In this document: positions 38,090 to 48,610 of the stretch, one piece after another
Position numbering within the stretch: position 1 is the stretch's first letter
How the letters are laid out: every line of letters starts with the position of its first letter
IMG/VR virus record: IMGVR_UViG_3300027714_000008
Coordinates: 1-64,000 of that record
Length of the DNA: 64,000 nucleotides
DNA from: a virus
Reading direction: 5' to 3' (one strand)
Notes under the pieces: generated by a model
Seen by the model: only the letters and a program-made list of their open reading frames with translations
Told to the model about the DNA's origin: nothing
The model's database searches: none
Program-made: the position numbers and the translations under genes

Positions 38090-38150
38090 AAAAAGCCCAC
38101 CGAAGTGAGCTTTAATTAAGTGGGATAGGTTAAACACCTATCCCTTTTTT
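38088..38150. terminator. two back-to-back intrinsic terminators
   Basis: - strand: cUUCGg-loop hairpin plus U-run ending gp23 (38088-38113); + strand: GGGATAGGT/ACCTATCCC plus T6 (38122-38150). Confidence 0.8.
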
Positions 38151-38157
38151 GTATTTC

Positions 38158-39513
38158 TTACTGTAGGATGTTGTCTACACGGAAGATTCGGTAGTATTGG
38201 TTAGTCTTAGCAGTAGCTAATCCGTCATTTGGTGTTGAACCAACGAATGGGTTTGAGACCATGCCGTAGCGTGTCTTAAATCCGATTTTCGGTTGGAAGT
38301 CATTCTCACCAACTGCACGAACCATAGTTAATGGTACGTATGGGCAATAGAAGATACCAGCATCGTATGCGTTTGTACCTTTATAGCCTACAGTTACGTA
38401 ATCTGCAACTGCATATGGATCGATGTACACACGTGTACGACCATTCATAACACCAGCGAATGTGTTGCCTGTATCGTCTACTTGTAGATCTACTGACAAT
38501 GCTGGAGTATAATCCAACATACCAGAAGCCGCTAATGCAGAAGCTACGTCAGATGAACATAGGATGAAGTTACCCTTGCCGCGACGTGTTTCTTTTGCAA
38601 TTACGTTAGCTTCACGTTCGATCTGCATGATCAAACCTTTGAACTTCTCTACTGACCAACGACCATCTGCATCTGTTGACAAGTCAAAGATACCTTGGAT
38701 AGCAACGTTAGTTGACAATGCACCAGTTTTAGCTTGGCTGTTGATTGAACGAATTACTTCGCGGTTAATCTCAGCTAAGATTTCTGTTGACAAGATGTTA
38801 GCTAATTCAGTTTCAGCGTCTAAGCCGTGAATTGCTTTCAAGTCTTGTGCAAGCTCTAATGAGTATTCAGCTTTCAAAGCACGTGATTTTGCAGTCACAG
38901 TAGCTTTTTCAATTGTGAAACCCATCTCGTTGAAAGTAGAAGCTGTGCTACCTAATCCTTCTGCGTCGCCTGTTGGCATACCACCAGCAAATATTGGACC
39001 TGTACGCTCATTGTTGATTGAGCTGTCTTTTAGGTTGTATGAATTAGCTACACCAGAAGTTGCAGACGAGTCATCTGTTAAACCATTTAAGCCAGATGCA
39101 CCAGCACTTTGTGTCACACTTGAGTCACCAGAGAATACTGTATCTGCTTCGTTGAATAAAGCTTCTGTTGAACCAGTTGTACCAGCTGTATAACGTGACT
39201 TCATTGCAAAGATCAAGCCAGTTGGACCTGTCATTGGCTGTACACCACATAAATCGTATGCGATCATGTTTGGCATTGAACGACGTACTAAAGAGATTAA
39301 AACTGGATCCCAATTAGCTGCAGAAGAACCAACGTTGTTTGGTGTTTCCGCTAAGAAACCTGATTGAGCACGCTCTTCATTTAGTGCTTTCTCTTGGTTT
39401 TCTAAAGTGACAGCAGTAACCGAACGGCGATGCTTGTCTTTGATTGAAGGCGCAGATTCTTCATTAAGAACTGGTGCCCATTTTTTGACTAAACTGTCAT
39501 ATGATTCCATCAT
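38158..39513 (-). CDS. 23: major capsid protein gp23
   Basis: GVQPMTGPTGLIFAM, ELAQDLKAIHGLDAE, FQPKIGFKTRYG. Confidence 0.97.
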   Translation of the reverse strand: MMESYDSLVKKWAPVLNEESAPSIKDKHRRSVTAVTLENQEKALNEERAQSGFLAETPNNVGSSAANWDPVLISLVRRSMPNMIAYDLCGVQPMTGPTGLIFAMKSRYTAGTTGSTEALFNEADTVFSGDSSVTQSAGASGLNGLTDDSSATSGVANSYNLKDSSINNERTGPIFAGGMPTGDAEGLGSTASTFNEMGFTIEKATVTAKSRALKAEYSLELAQDLKAIHGLDAETELANILSTEILAEINREVIRSINSQAKTGALSTNVAIQGIFDLSTDADGRWSVEKFKGLIMQIEREANVIAKETRRGKGNFILCSSDVASALAASGMLDYTPALSVDLQVDDTGNTFAGVMNGRTRVYIDPYAVADYVTVGYKGTNAYDAGIFYCPYVPLTMVRAVGENDFQPKIGFKTRYGMVSNPFVGSTPNDGLATAKTNQYYRIFRVDNILQ

Positions 39514-39537
39514 TGGATGTATTCCTATTAATTAAAT

Positions 39538-40458
39538 TTACTGGGTTGATTTGATTGCGGCAACGTAACGCTGCATTGATTCTGATAACTCTACCTGAGT
39601 AGTTGTGTCATCTTCAATCAATTCTTCGCTTGTTGTAGCTTTTTTGGCAAAGACAGATTCTTTAATGGTTGCAACTTTATTTGCAAATTCATTATCGAAA
39701 TCGTAACCTTCAACCATGGTGCGTAATTTGTCAACTTGTGTGTCAGCTAAATCACTTGACGCTTCACGGATAGCCGCTTCACGTAAATGGTGTGCAACTT
39801 CAGCTTTAGATGCAAGTAATTGCTCTGTAGCTTCGTTTAATTTAGCTGATAATGTATCAACACTTTCTGCAAGATCATCTACTAGATCAACTTTGGCTTC
39901 TGGGATGTCTACATAAGATTCAGTGAACAAGGTCTTTAAACCTGTCATAAAGTCTTCTGCTATTTCCGCACGGAGACCTGATTGGATTGCCAATTGGTTC
40001 TCTTCTACCCAAGCTTCAACAACGTAGTTGAGATAGCTATCAACTTTTTCAACAAGCTCTGCTTTAGTAGCGGATACTTCTTCATCAAGTTGAGTGGCAT
40101 ATGATTCTTCCAAACGATCAACTTCTTCTGCAAGCTTTGCTTTCACATTAGCTTCAAAGATAATAGTTGCTTTAGCTTTAAACTCTCCTGAAAGAGTTGC
40201 CTCAGATTCTACTAATGAGTTAAGTTCGTCATGGAAGTCTACTTGTAAGTCTGCAGCTTCTGTGGCTACCACTTTATCCATTTTTTCAGCTTTCGCTGAA
40301 TTTGATTTGTCGCCCTTGCGCTTTTTAGCTTTGGGGCTTTTGCCTTCTGCAGCTTTTACTGAAGCTATTGAGGCTTCTTCTGCGTTCTTCGGATCGTGAG
40401 CTTCTTCGATTTCATTCTCGTCGAGCACCACATCCTGGTCTTGGATTTGATCAGTCAT
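39538..40458 (-). CDS. 22: prohead core scaffold gp22
   Basis: KATIIFEA, VDSYLNYVVEAW. Confidence 0.9.
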   Translation of the reverse strand: MTDQIQDQDVVLDENEIEEAHDPKNAEEASIASVKAAEGKSPKAKKRKGDKSNSAKAEKMDKVVATEAADLQVDFHDELNSLVESEATLSGEFKAKATIIFEANVKAKLAEEVDRLEESYATQLDEEVSATKAELVEKVDSYLNYVVEAWVEENQLAIQSGLRAEIAEDFMTGLKTLFTESYVDIPEAKVDLVDDLAESVDTLSAKLNEATEQLLASKAEVAHHLREAAIREASSDLADTQVDKLRTMVEGYDFDNEFANKVATIKESVFAKKATTSEELIEDDTTTQVELSESMQRYVAAIKSTQ

Positions 40459-40467
40459 GTATGACTC

Positions 40468-41130
40468 CTAATAAGTTATATTTTTCAGTTCCGAGAGGAA
40501 ATTCTTAAACTCACGAGCCTGTACCTCATAGAGGTCAGTTCGAGAAGCCTTTTTAATTTCAGTCTCCATTTTTTCAATTACCTGAGATTCGATAATGCCG
40601 TTGTTCCAAACCCACTCCACACCTTCCATAATTCCATTGACAAAAGCCGTTGGAGCTGATGGATCTTGTACAATATCAACTGTACTAAGAATGAAGTCAT
40701 CTTTGACATACATTACGCCGTTACGATTCTCAAGACTACCCATACCACGAGTTGACACACCTAGTTGAACGCCACCATCAAGAAGACCTTTTACAATCTG
40801 CCCCATAGGAGTTTCCAATATGCGTGCTTTTCCTACAACATCATTTCCATTCCAATCAAGGCTTTCTATGATGTGCGAAACTTTATCAAGATTTACAGTG
40901 GGACCTTCTGGATGGTTAAGTTCTCCAACTGCACGTCTTGTTTTTACCTGTTCTGTAACGTATTTATTAACGGCTGATTCCATGATCTTCCGTGGATAAA
41001 CTCGTCCATTTCTATTCTTTGATTCTGATTGCATAAAGACGCCTTCAATAAAGTGGTCTTTACCACCTTCTGCTTTGGCCTCTGAAAAACATTCAAGATT
41101 ATTATCTGTGTATTCTGCAATCAGTTTCAT
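40468..41130 (-). CDS. 21: prohead protease gp21
   Basis: NRNGRVY, GELNHP, GVSTRGMGS, DPSAPTAF. Confidence 0.95.
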   Translation of the reverse strand: MKLIAEYTDNNLECFSEAKAEGGKDHFIEGVFMQSESKNRNGRVYPRKIMESAVNKYVTEQVKTRRAVGELNHPEGPTVNLDKVSHIIESLDWNGNDVVGKARILETPMGQIVKGLLDGGVQLGVSTRGMGSLENRNGVMYVKDDFILSTVDIVQDPSAPTAFVNGIMEGVEWVWNNGIIESQVIEKMETEIKKASRTDLYEVQAREFKNFLSELKNITY

Positions 41131-41134
41131 TCTA

Positions 41135-41425
41135 TTATCCTCTAGGGAAATCTACTGGTGAAAGCTTTACGGCTGTATTTGCCGCAAATATCTCATCAGA
41201 CTTTGCTTTGATAACGACAACAGATTCCATAGGAGCTAATGTCATTGATCCTTTAAGTACGTTTCCAGCAGTTTGTATAGTCACAAGATAAGCTGTGGTT
41301 GCATTAGTATTAACACAACGTACTGTTCTGGCTTTATTTATATTCAATAATGCTGGCACTCCAGCTGAGTCAGTGTGTACAGCCGCTGCAATTTCTGCGC
41401 CTGTGGGTGTTACAAAGTTTACCAT
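41135..41425 (-). CDS. small head-region structural protein
   Basis: position in the head module; beta-rich. Confidence 0.55.
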   Translation of the reverse strand: MVNFVTPTGAEIAAAVHTDSAGVPALLNINKARTVRCVNTNATTAYLVTIQTAGNVLKGSMTLAPMESVVVIKAKSDEIFAANTAVKLSPVDFPRG

Positions 41426-41626
41426 TTACTTACCTGTCTTTAATTGTTTGATGAACTCTTTAGCCATTTTCTCAGCAGTCTTTTGATTAGGAAAAGTGTC
41501 AAACTTGTCGCCGTCTATAGACACATCAATCATACCTTGCTTACTAGATGTGAATACAACTGGGTATCCATTAATCTTTTTACTTGTGGATTTAAGTCCA
41601 GCTCTTAGTTCTTTTAAGGTTTTCAT
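41426..41626 (-). CDS. head-module small protein
   Basis: late promoter at 41649-41656. Confidence 0.55.
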   Translation of the reverse strand: MKTLKELRAGLKSTSKKINGYPVVFTSSKQGMIDVSIDGDKFDTFPNQKTAEKMAKEFIKQLKTGK

Positions 41627-41695
41627 TTCAATCCCATTCAGTTATCTTTATTTATACAAAAATAAGTTTACAACTTTAATTAATTCCAACCTTCT

Positions 41696-41971
41696 TTAAT
41701 CTTCATCATCATCATCATCTTCATCATCGTCCTCATCGTCGTCATCGTCGTCGTCAGACTCTTCTTCTGTTTCATCGTCGTCTAATTCTAAATCCTCAGG
41801 ATCGACATCTTCTACATCATCTGGCAATTCACCAAATATATGTCCTGCCGCAACGACCTTTTGTTGGGCTAAAGCATCATCGATACGTTGACCCATCATT
41901 TGTTCAAAGCTATTTTCTGCTGCATTAAAATCTTTATCTACAACACTGTCTATAAAATCTTGTGTACTCAT
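41696..41971 (-). CDS. acidic prohead core protein (gp67-like)
   Basis: follows the portal gene; poly-Asp/Glu tail. Confidence 0.7.
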   Translation of the reverse strand: MSTQDFIDSVVDKDFNAAENSFEQMMGQRIDDALAQQKVVAAGHIFGELPDDVEDVDPEDLELDDDETEEESDDDDDDDEDDDEDDDDDED

Positions 41972-41986
41972 TATAATCACCTTTGT

Positions 41987-43549
41987 TTATTCGTCTTCTT
42001 TTTCATCAGACTGATTGTTATTATCTACTTCTTTATCTTCTTTATCTTTAGGGTCTTCAACTTCGCCTACTTTTATTTCAGCACCAATTTGATCGCCCAT
42101 TTCTTTAATCTGTTGTTCATCAAAGTGAAGAACATTTTTCATAATCCATTCTTTAGAGAAGTATTCACCAGCATATGATTGAACTTCATTTAATATACCT
42201 AGGCGTCCCTGTAGAATTTCTGTTTCTTTCAATTCTGTAAAGTGATTGTCACGAACAAAATCGATATTGATATTAGATTTCCAATCGTCCCAATCTTCTT
42301 GGACTATGATTTGTTTTAGAAGTAGTTGCTTCTTTAGTATGTTTAAGAACAAAGAAGAAAAACGACGACGTAGTTTGTCGATAAACTTTTGAAATTTAAG
42401 TTCTTCTCTGCTTATTTCAGACGATCTACCTAATTGGAACGTGGACTCTTGCTCTAGTCTTTGTACTGGAACATTTAATGCACGATATAATTTCTTTTGA
42501 AAGTATATGATGTCTTCGATTTGACCTAGATTATCACCACCGGGTAGTGTACTAATCTCTGTGCCTTTACCGCCTTCACGACGTGGAAGCCAGAAATCTT
42601 CTAGCATAGACATGTGCTTGCGATCATCCTTGACTTCACCAGTGGTTGCATCATAGACAATTTTATTCTTATAACGAGCCATGATGTTTTTCATGTACTC
42701 TTCGGCTTTACCACGCGGTAAGTTACCGACATCAACGTAGAATATTCTACGCTCAGGTGCACGTGCCAAACGATAGATAACTAATGAGTCTTCCATCATT
42801 CTTAATTGGTTGATAGGCTTTAACGCCTTATGTAGATATGATACTACTTTTTTACGATGCTCATCAAGCAATCCAGATGTCACATAGCTTATCGCATCTA
42901 CGTTTATCTTGACAACGTTTGTAGCTACGTTTCCAGGCTTTTCTTCGTAGACAAAAAACTCACTTACTTTCTCTACAATGTCAGCATTAGTAACAGGATC
43001 TTTCTTTTTCTTAATCTCTTTTACTTTGCGAATTTTAGTCGCATCGATAGGACGAATTTCTTGTATACCAGCTTTTAAGTTGGCTTCATTAACAACTAGG
43101 TGATGCACCATTCTGCCGTCAATATACCAACGTTTAAACATATCAGAACCTAAATCTGAAAAGTTTAACATAGAAACAACATCATCAAATTCAGTAAAGA
43201 TTTGTTTCTTAACCTTGTCACTCATACCTTTGATCTTATCAAGGTTTACTTTGACAGGAGCTTCAAGTTCAGATGTGCTTACCGCTTCGTTACAAATCTC
43301 ATCAATTGCCATATCCACTTCTGGGTGCATGCCAACTGCCCTGTATCTTTGGACTAACTCTACAGAACCTTTTGCGTTATCGCCTTCAAAATCAATGTAC
43401 TGACCTGTGTGTGAACCAGATGCAGTTACGTAACCAGCACCATCATCGTCGATAGGTGGTACAATTGAGGGTAACTTTACTTTAGCCTGTGCATTCTTTT
43501 CTGCTTTACGCAGTTCAAAACCAAATAATTTAACTATTGGACCAGCCAT
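41987..43549 (-). CDS. 20: portal protein gp20
   Basis: WYIDGR, YRLARAPERRIFYVDVGNLP, EDFWLPRREGGKGTEI. Confidence 0.97.
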   Translation of the reverse strand: MAGPIVKLFGFELRKAEKNAQAKVKLPSIVPPIDDDGAGYVTASGSHTGQYIDFEGDNAKGSVELVQRYRAVGMHPEVDMAIDEICNEAVSTSELEAPVKVNLDKIKGMSDKVKKQIFTEFDDVVSMLNFSDLGSDMFKRWYIDGRMVHHLVVNEANLKAGIQEIRPIDATKIRKVKEIKKKKDPVTNADIVEKVSEFFVYEEKPGNVATNVVKINVDAISYVTSGLLDEHRKKVVSYLHKALKPINQLRMMEDSLVIYRLARAPERRIFYVDVGNLPRGKAEEYMKNIMARYKNKIVYDATTGEVKDDRKHMSMLEDFWLPRREGGKGTEISTLPGGDNLGQIEDIIYFQKKLYRALNVPVQRLEQESTFQLGRSSEISREELKFQKFIDKLRRRFSSLFLNILKKQLLLKQIIVQEDWDDWKSNINIDFVRDNHFTELKETEILQGRLGILNEVQSYAGEYFSKEWIMKNVLHFDEQQIKEMGDQIGAEIKVGEVEDPKDKEDKEVDNNNQSDEKEDE

Positions 43550-43623
43550 AATATATCCTTCTAAGTGTAAGTAAAGAGGGGCAAGTTAATCACCCCTCTA
43601 ATATCTTTATTTATAACAGCTTT

Positions 43624-44154
43624 TTAGCTAGTTACGCCAGCCGCTTCCCAATACTGTATCTGGAATTCGACTTGGAATTCTTCGATGACATCAGTAGCTC
43701 CATAACTAAGATCAATTGGTGATACATTCGTAGGAAAACAACCACGGAAGTTGTATGTCTTAAGTGATGAACCATCTTTATCAAGTTGTTCAACGATAAG
43801 ATCTGCTGAATAATCATTCACACTTGTCAAGCCAGTGTTTGCTTGATGGTTGTTCATGCCATTCATCCAACGTTCCATTGAGTCACGTACAACAAAGTCT
43901 GTGTCATTGATAATAGTCGGTGTCCATACATCAAATGTACGATCGCCAGCCATTTTTAACTGTCGTCCACGAAATGGTACTATGATAGTACCAAGTATAG
44001 ACCCAGGAAGCTGTGCCGCTGAACAAAGGAATGAAGTAATTTCTACATCACCTTGTGCATAAGCAGGAAAGTTTATGGTTGCTTTGAATAGATTTGGTCT
44101 AGCTCCGCCACCTCTTAGTTTTGACTTAAAGTCATCAACGCCTAATATTGCCAT
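43624..44154 (-). CDS. 19: tail tube protein gp19
   Basis: GGARPNLF, FRGRQLKMAGDRTF. Confidence 0.95.
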   Translation of the reverse strand: MAILGVDDFKSKLRGGGARPNLFKATINFPAYAQGDVEITSFLCSAAQLPGSILGTIIVPFRGRQLKMAGDRTFDVWTPTIINDTDFVVRDSMERWMNGMNNHQANTGLTSVNDYSADLIVEQLDKDGSSLKTYNFRGCFPTNVSPIDLSYGATDVIEEFQVEFQIQYWEAAGVTS

Positions 44155-44169
44155 TTTCTAATATCTCCC

Positions 44170-45909
44170 TTAGACCGAGCCAACAACTTCTTCGAAGTCT
44201 ACACCAGTTCTAACAGCTACGAAATTTAGTGTAACGTAGTTGATTGAACGTGCAGGCTTGATGAAGATATTTGCTATGAATTCATTTCTATCTATAACGG
44301 CTGCGGAGTTATTTGATTCGTCACAAACAACACGGAAATCTGTAATACCGCGACGACCTTGGATTTCTCTCAAGAAAGGTTCTACGATGTTTACAAATTC
44401 TGCACGTGTAAATTCGTCATTGAATTCAAACATAACATTTCTTGCAGCAATTGCAATTGCTCTTTCCATAGTCAGGAACAAGCGACGAACGTTGATACGA
44501 TCGAAAGCTGATGGTCTGGCTAAGAATGTTTTATCACCAAATAACAATACGCCTTGACCAGGAATATTTGCAACTGGATTAATACCAGCTTTATATAGTG
44601 TGTCTCGTTCTGCTTTAGTCGGAGAATATGTTAAGGCAGTTATACCTAAAACTGAACCACGTCTTTGACCAGCTGGTGAAAACCAAGGTGCCGCTTGAAG
44701 ATCAGAAGCCGCCATAATACCTGCAACCGAAGATGCGTCTGGAATTTGGATATATTGGTCATTGTACTTGTCATATACTTTAAGATAGTTGTTTGAAACA
44801 ACCAAGTAAGACGACCTTGTAAACGTGTCTGTTGTTACAATTGAAGTAGCAACTGGTGTTGATGCATTCACAACTGCAGCTCTGTTAGGTGATGCTACTA
44901 CGACACAATCTTTACGTGTAGTTCCAGCAATTACAATCATGTTATTAACAACAGTTGTCATATCACCTTGTGCTGACATACCAGGAGCGATTAAGAAGTC
45001 AACAGTAATTGTGTCAACGTCACTAAACAATGCCATACCTGTGCCATACTTACTTGCAGTAAGTGCGGCTGAATCAGCACCAGCAGTTAAACTAGATGTT
45101 ATTGGAGCAGATGCAGATGCTTGATACGTTGTACCTTGAGCGGCTGTGCCAGCATTAGTTAGTGCAGCTAATGTACCTTCAAAAGTTGCAAGGTAAACAT
45201 ATTTAGATGCACTATTAATTACGTCTTTAACATAATTAGATGATCCGTCTGAAGATTTTGCATCAGATGCAACAGAGACAAATGCGTAACGCTCTAATAT
45301 AGTACCAGGAGTTCCTGTAAACAGACCATCCTCGTCTATAACTGCAACGTGTACTTCGTCATTTACAGCACTTCTTGCTAATCCATAGGCAGATGTTACT
45401 GGTGGTGAATCGAAAGCCGCTCTTTGACCCCATACTGAAAAGTATGTGCCTGAAGAATCTGAGCCTGCTGGACATAAAGAAACTCTTAAAGAGTTACCTA
45501 GTGCGCCTGGATATCTTGCAATCCAACCACCAGCATTTGTGTCACCAGAGTCAGAACCAAACGTACTTGATAACGAGTCAAAGTGCTCTTCTTCTCTCAC
45601 AAGTAACGTTAGCCCTGCGGAGTTTGCATTGTATGCATGCGCTGTAGCTTCTCGTACCACTTGTAGAGAACTTGAATATTTTAAATAGTATGCGGCAGAC
45701 AGAAAGTCTACAGCCTTAGTAGATGATGGGGAAGCGAATGTCGCCGCAAGATTAGCCTCTGTGTCTATCAGAGTAGCTTTTCTAACTGGTCCCCATCTAA
45801 AATCACCTACAAATGCGCCTGTTGTCGATTGTACATTTGGCACTACGCCAGTTAAATCAACTTCTTTGACTACAATTGCTGGGGATTCTGATGGACTGAA
45901 TATTGCCAT
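44170..45909 (-). CDS. 18: tail sheath protein gp18
   Basis: PWFSPAG, FDRINVRRLF, FEFNDEFTR; late promoter at 45974-45981. Confidence 0.96.
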   Translation of the reverse strand: MAIFSPSESPAIVVKEVDLTGVVPNVQSTTGAFVGDFRWGPVRKATLIDTEANLAATFASPSSTKAVDFLSAAYYLKYSSSLQVVREATAHAYNANSAGLTLLVREEEHFDSLSSTFGSDSGDTNAGGWIARYPGALGNSLRVSLCPAGSDSSGTYFSVWGQRAAFDSPPVTSAYGLARSAVNDEVHVAVIDEDGLFTGTPGTILERYAFVSVASDAKSSDGSSNYVKDVINSASKYVYLATFEGTLAALTNAGTAAQGTTYQASASAPITSSLTAGADSAALTASKYGTGMALFSDVDTITVDFLIAPGMSAQGDMTTVVNNMIVIAGTTRKDCVVVASPNRAAVVNASTPVATSIVTTDTFTRSSYLVVSNNYLKVYDKYNDQYIQIPDASSVAGIMAASDLQAAPWFSPAGQRRGSVLGITALTYSPTKAERDTLYKAGINPVANIPGQGVLLFGDKTFLARPSAFDRINVRRLFLTMERAIAIAARNVMFEFNDEFTRAEFVNIVEPFLREIQGRRGITDFRVVCDESNNSAAVIDRNEFIANIFIKPARSINYVTLNFVAVRTGVDFEEVVGSV

Positions 45910-45986
45910 GTATAGATCCTTTTCAGATATTAATTAATAAGTTATCATAATACGAGTTCTTTATCATTATGTGTATTTATAACATT

Positions 45987-46622
45987 TTAATATTGTCCAA
46001 ATGCCCATTTCTTCTCCTGACAATGATAGCATATTTTACATGGTTCTGTGTAATTATTAGTTCTCTCAGCATAATACGTACAAGACCAACTCTCTTTAAT
46101 ATACCTTTCAGGTAAATCTAATTGCTTAAACAAAAGAGCTATGTCTCGTTTGTCCATATGAGCAAAAGGTCTATAGGTTTTTGCACCAGTTGCATGATGT
46201 ACTTGATAGATAGTATTAGTCTTATTGACTCTTCTTTCATCTTTGTACATACTACCCCAAGTATTAACAATGTTCCATGAAGGTAGTGCAGTAAGGCCAG
46301 TTATAATTATTTTTAAATCCTTGTACTTTTCATACATTTTCTTATCAAAAATACCATGAATTTCATGTTGTTCATTAATACCATCCTCTTCCCAATGAAA
46401 TACTTCAATTTCTTTTATATTAAGATTTGGATGTTTAATTCTTGCATCAGATAAAATACCTTTGGTAATAGATGCAGTGTTTGTAACTCTACTACCAATT
46501 GATTGCATAGGAAGGATAGACACATTTGGAGATATTATATCACATATATAAAATAATAAAACCAATGAATCTAATCCACCAGAAATACCAACACCGACCA
46601 TTCCAGAATCAGGTAAGTCCAT
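45987..46622 (-). CDS. QueC-like PP-loop ATPase
   Basis: GISGGLDS; SWSC...PCKICYHC. Confidence 0.7.
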   Translation of the reverse strand: MDLPDSGMVGVGISGGLDSLVLLFYICDIISPNVSILPMQSIGSRVTNTASITKGILSDARIKHPNLNIKEIEVFHWEEDGINEQHEIHGIFDKKMYEKYKDLKIIITGLTALPSWNIVNTWGSMYKDERRVNKTNTIYQVHHATGAKTYRPFAHMDKRDIALLFKQLDLPERYIKESWSCTYYAERTNNYTEPCKICYHCQEKKWAFGQY

Positions 46623-46625
46623 AAT

Positions 46626-48245
46626 TTAAAATCCCATATTTACCTTAACGTTTTTATCGACTGTCCATACACCCATATCTTCTTCTAGTATATTACTTTC
46701 GTCGTCTTGACCATCGTTTATAAACCCGAATGGCACTAAATCGTTTTCAATCTCTTTCATACGTTGTTCAAACATCATTTCCTTTAGATTAACATCAGTC
46801 AGTTCTTCAAAGTTATTACCCACGGCAAAATATCCAAACAACACTAGGTTCATCATTAAGTCGTCATGGTTTCCTTCTGATGCTTCGTATGATGCACCTT
46901 TGGCTACAAACGTGGACATCTCTAATATAGTCTGAGGGTCTACAATATCTAACTTGCCATGTTCAATAATGTCTTTAATGGCAGAACACCCAATACGTTT
47001 TGTTTTCCTAGTCATCTCTACACCAATACGATCAGCTCTTATAAGAGAATCCATGTGAAGGTTTTCGTACTCTAAATCATTATATAGGCCGTTACAAACC
47101 AGCGATCCTTGATCATTAGCTTCAATAATAGTATAAGCCTCATTGTAGAGATTTGCATACTTATAAATAATTGTAGGGTAGAGGATTGGTGAGATAGTAT
47201 TACAGCGATACACAGCAACCTGCTTAAAAGGTCTTTGGCTAATATCGATCAAGTTAAACGTGCTATAGTCCAATCCTCTACCTCTCGCAACATCAACTAA
47301 CATTATGTAGCTATGTTTGGGATCAGGATTTTCATACATTAAAAAACTACCGCCTTCTAACACTTGTACATGAGGTTTGGCTTTTTGTCGTAATAAATGT
47401 TCTGCTGAAATTAAAGTTGCGCCTGTGCCAAAGAAAGTGTTACCAAATTCTTGATCAAATTGTAATTGGCTTGTATTACCAATAGTCTTGTCTTTCCATT
47501 TTTCATCACGACCAGGAACGTCCCACCAATCAACTCTGAATGGCACAAATTCACTTGTGTTTTGCATAGCACCTTCCCAAATTTTATGGAACATGTTACC
47601 TATACCATTAGCAGTAGAAGTGATAATAATCTTTGTGTCCTTACCAGATGAAACAACTGGATATGTAGACGTGTAAAATTCTGCCGCACGTTCAACAAAT
47701 GCAAACTCGTCTAAGTACAATAGGTTAACAGACATACCACGAATTGAGCTACCACTAGTTGCGGCTGCAATAATTCTGCTTAGATTAGAAAATTCTAAAG
47801 AACCTTTATTTAAAGCCTTTGTGCCTGGTTGTAAAAAGAAAGGTAAGTTCTCTAGCATCAAAGTAACTCTTGCCAACATTTCACGCGCAGTAGCACCCTT
47901 GTTTGCTAAAACAGCAACAGTTTTCTCGGCATGGAATATTGCATACCACAATAAGTAAGCAACAGAACTTATTGATTTTCCAGACTGTCTACAGGCAAGC
48001 ACAATAGAAAATCTATTATTTTGAAAGTGACTAAACATTTGCTCTTGATAAGGATACAAATCAAATGGAACAAGCCCTCTATCTAAGCTGATAACCTTAC
48101 AGTATGTTCTTGCAAAGTAAGAAGCATCGTGCATGCACTTAGCATACTCTTTGACTTGCCATTCAGACCATTCTTGTACAACGTTATCGGCTTTAACTTG
48201 TCTATTACCATTATAACTTTTACTCGTATCCATCACAATAGCCAT
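46626..48245 (-). CDS. 17: terminase large subunit gp17
   Basis: CRQSGKS, LYLDEFAF, STANG, HDDLMM. Confidence 0.96.
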   Translation of the reverse strand: MAIVMDTSKSYNGNRQVKADNVVQEWSEWQVKEYAKCMHDASYFARTYCKVISLDRGLVPFDLYPYQEQMFSHFQNNRFSIVLACRQSGKSISSVAYLLWYAIFHAEKTVAVLANKGATAREMLARVTLMLENLPFFLQPGTKALNKGSLEFSNLSRIIAAATSGSSIRGMSVNLLYLDEFAFVERAAEFYTSTYPVVSSGKDTKIIITSTANGIGNMFHKIWEGAMQNTSEFVPFRVDWWDVPGRDEKWKDKTIGNTSQLQFDQEFGNTFFGTGATLISAEHLLRQKAKPHVQVLEGGSFLMYENPDPKHSYIMLVDVARGRGLDYSTFNLIDISQRPFKQVAVYRCNTISPILYPTIIYKYANLYNEAYTIIEANDQGSLVCNGLYNDLEYENLHMDSLIRADRIGVEMTRKTKRIGCSAIKDIIEHGKLDIVDPQTILEMSTFVAKGASYEASEGNHDDLMMNLVLFGYFAVGNNFEELTDVNLKEMMFEQRMKEIENDLVPFGFINDGQDDESNILEEDMGVWTVDKNVKVNMGF

Positions 48246-48247
48246 TA

Positions 48248-48610
48248 TTAATCCTTGTCTGGTAGTACGTCTATGACGTCACCCTCTTTTTTCTGTAAGT
48301 CTGATAGCATTTTTTGTATCTCTACAGTAGACCCAACTAATAAATTATTAGTGATGCCACCAGCTGGAATATCAGAAGGGTCTTCCTTCTTAATATCTTT
48401 TTTCTTTTTGTGTAAATCTAATAGATTACCATTGACATCTGCCATTGTTTTCATTAGGCCAGAAAGCACTTCAAATGCGCGAGGGTGTTCTGTTGATCTT
48501 GCAACTTCGATCATATCTTCTAAGGCTGCTGAACCTTTTACTAGGATGTCGTGGTAAGTTTGTCTTGCATACTCAAAATCATTATCTACATTATCAGATG
48601 AATCAATCAT
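48248..48610 (-). CDS. 16: terminase small subunit gp16
   Basis: DFEYAR, HPRAFEV, VGSTVEIQ. Confidence 0.9.
   Translation of the reverse strand: MIDSSDNVDNDFEYARQTYHDILVKGSAALEDMIEVARSTEHPRAFEVLSGLMKTMADVNGNLLDLHKKKKDIKKEDPSDIPAGGITNNLLVGSTVEIQKMLSDLQKKEGDVIDVLPDKD

Noticed and set aside
41700-41800. TCA/TCG trinucleotide run as a regulatory microsatellite
   Set aside because: Encodes the acidic tail expected of a gp67-like core protein
45987-46622. Calling a 7-deazaguanine DNA modification system
   Set aside because: Only a QueC-like fold is present; partner genes are not visible in this window
16179-48245. Introns or inteins in gp41, gp43, gp46, gp17
   Set aside because: ORFs are continuous and of ordinary length, with no splice motifs noticed
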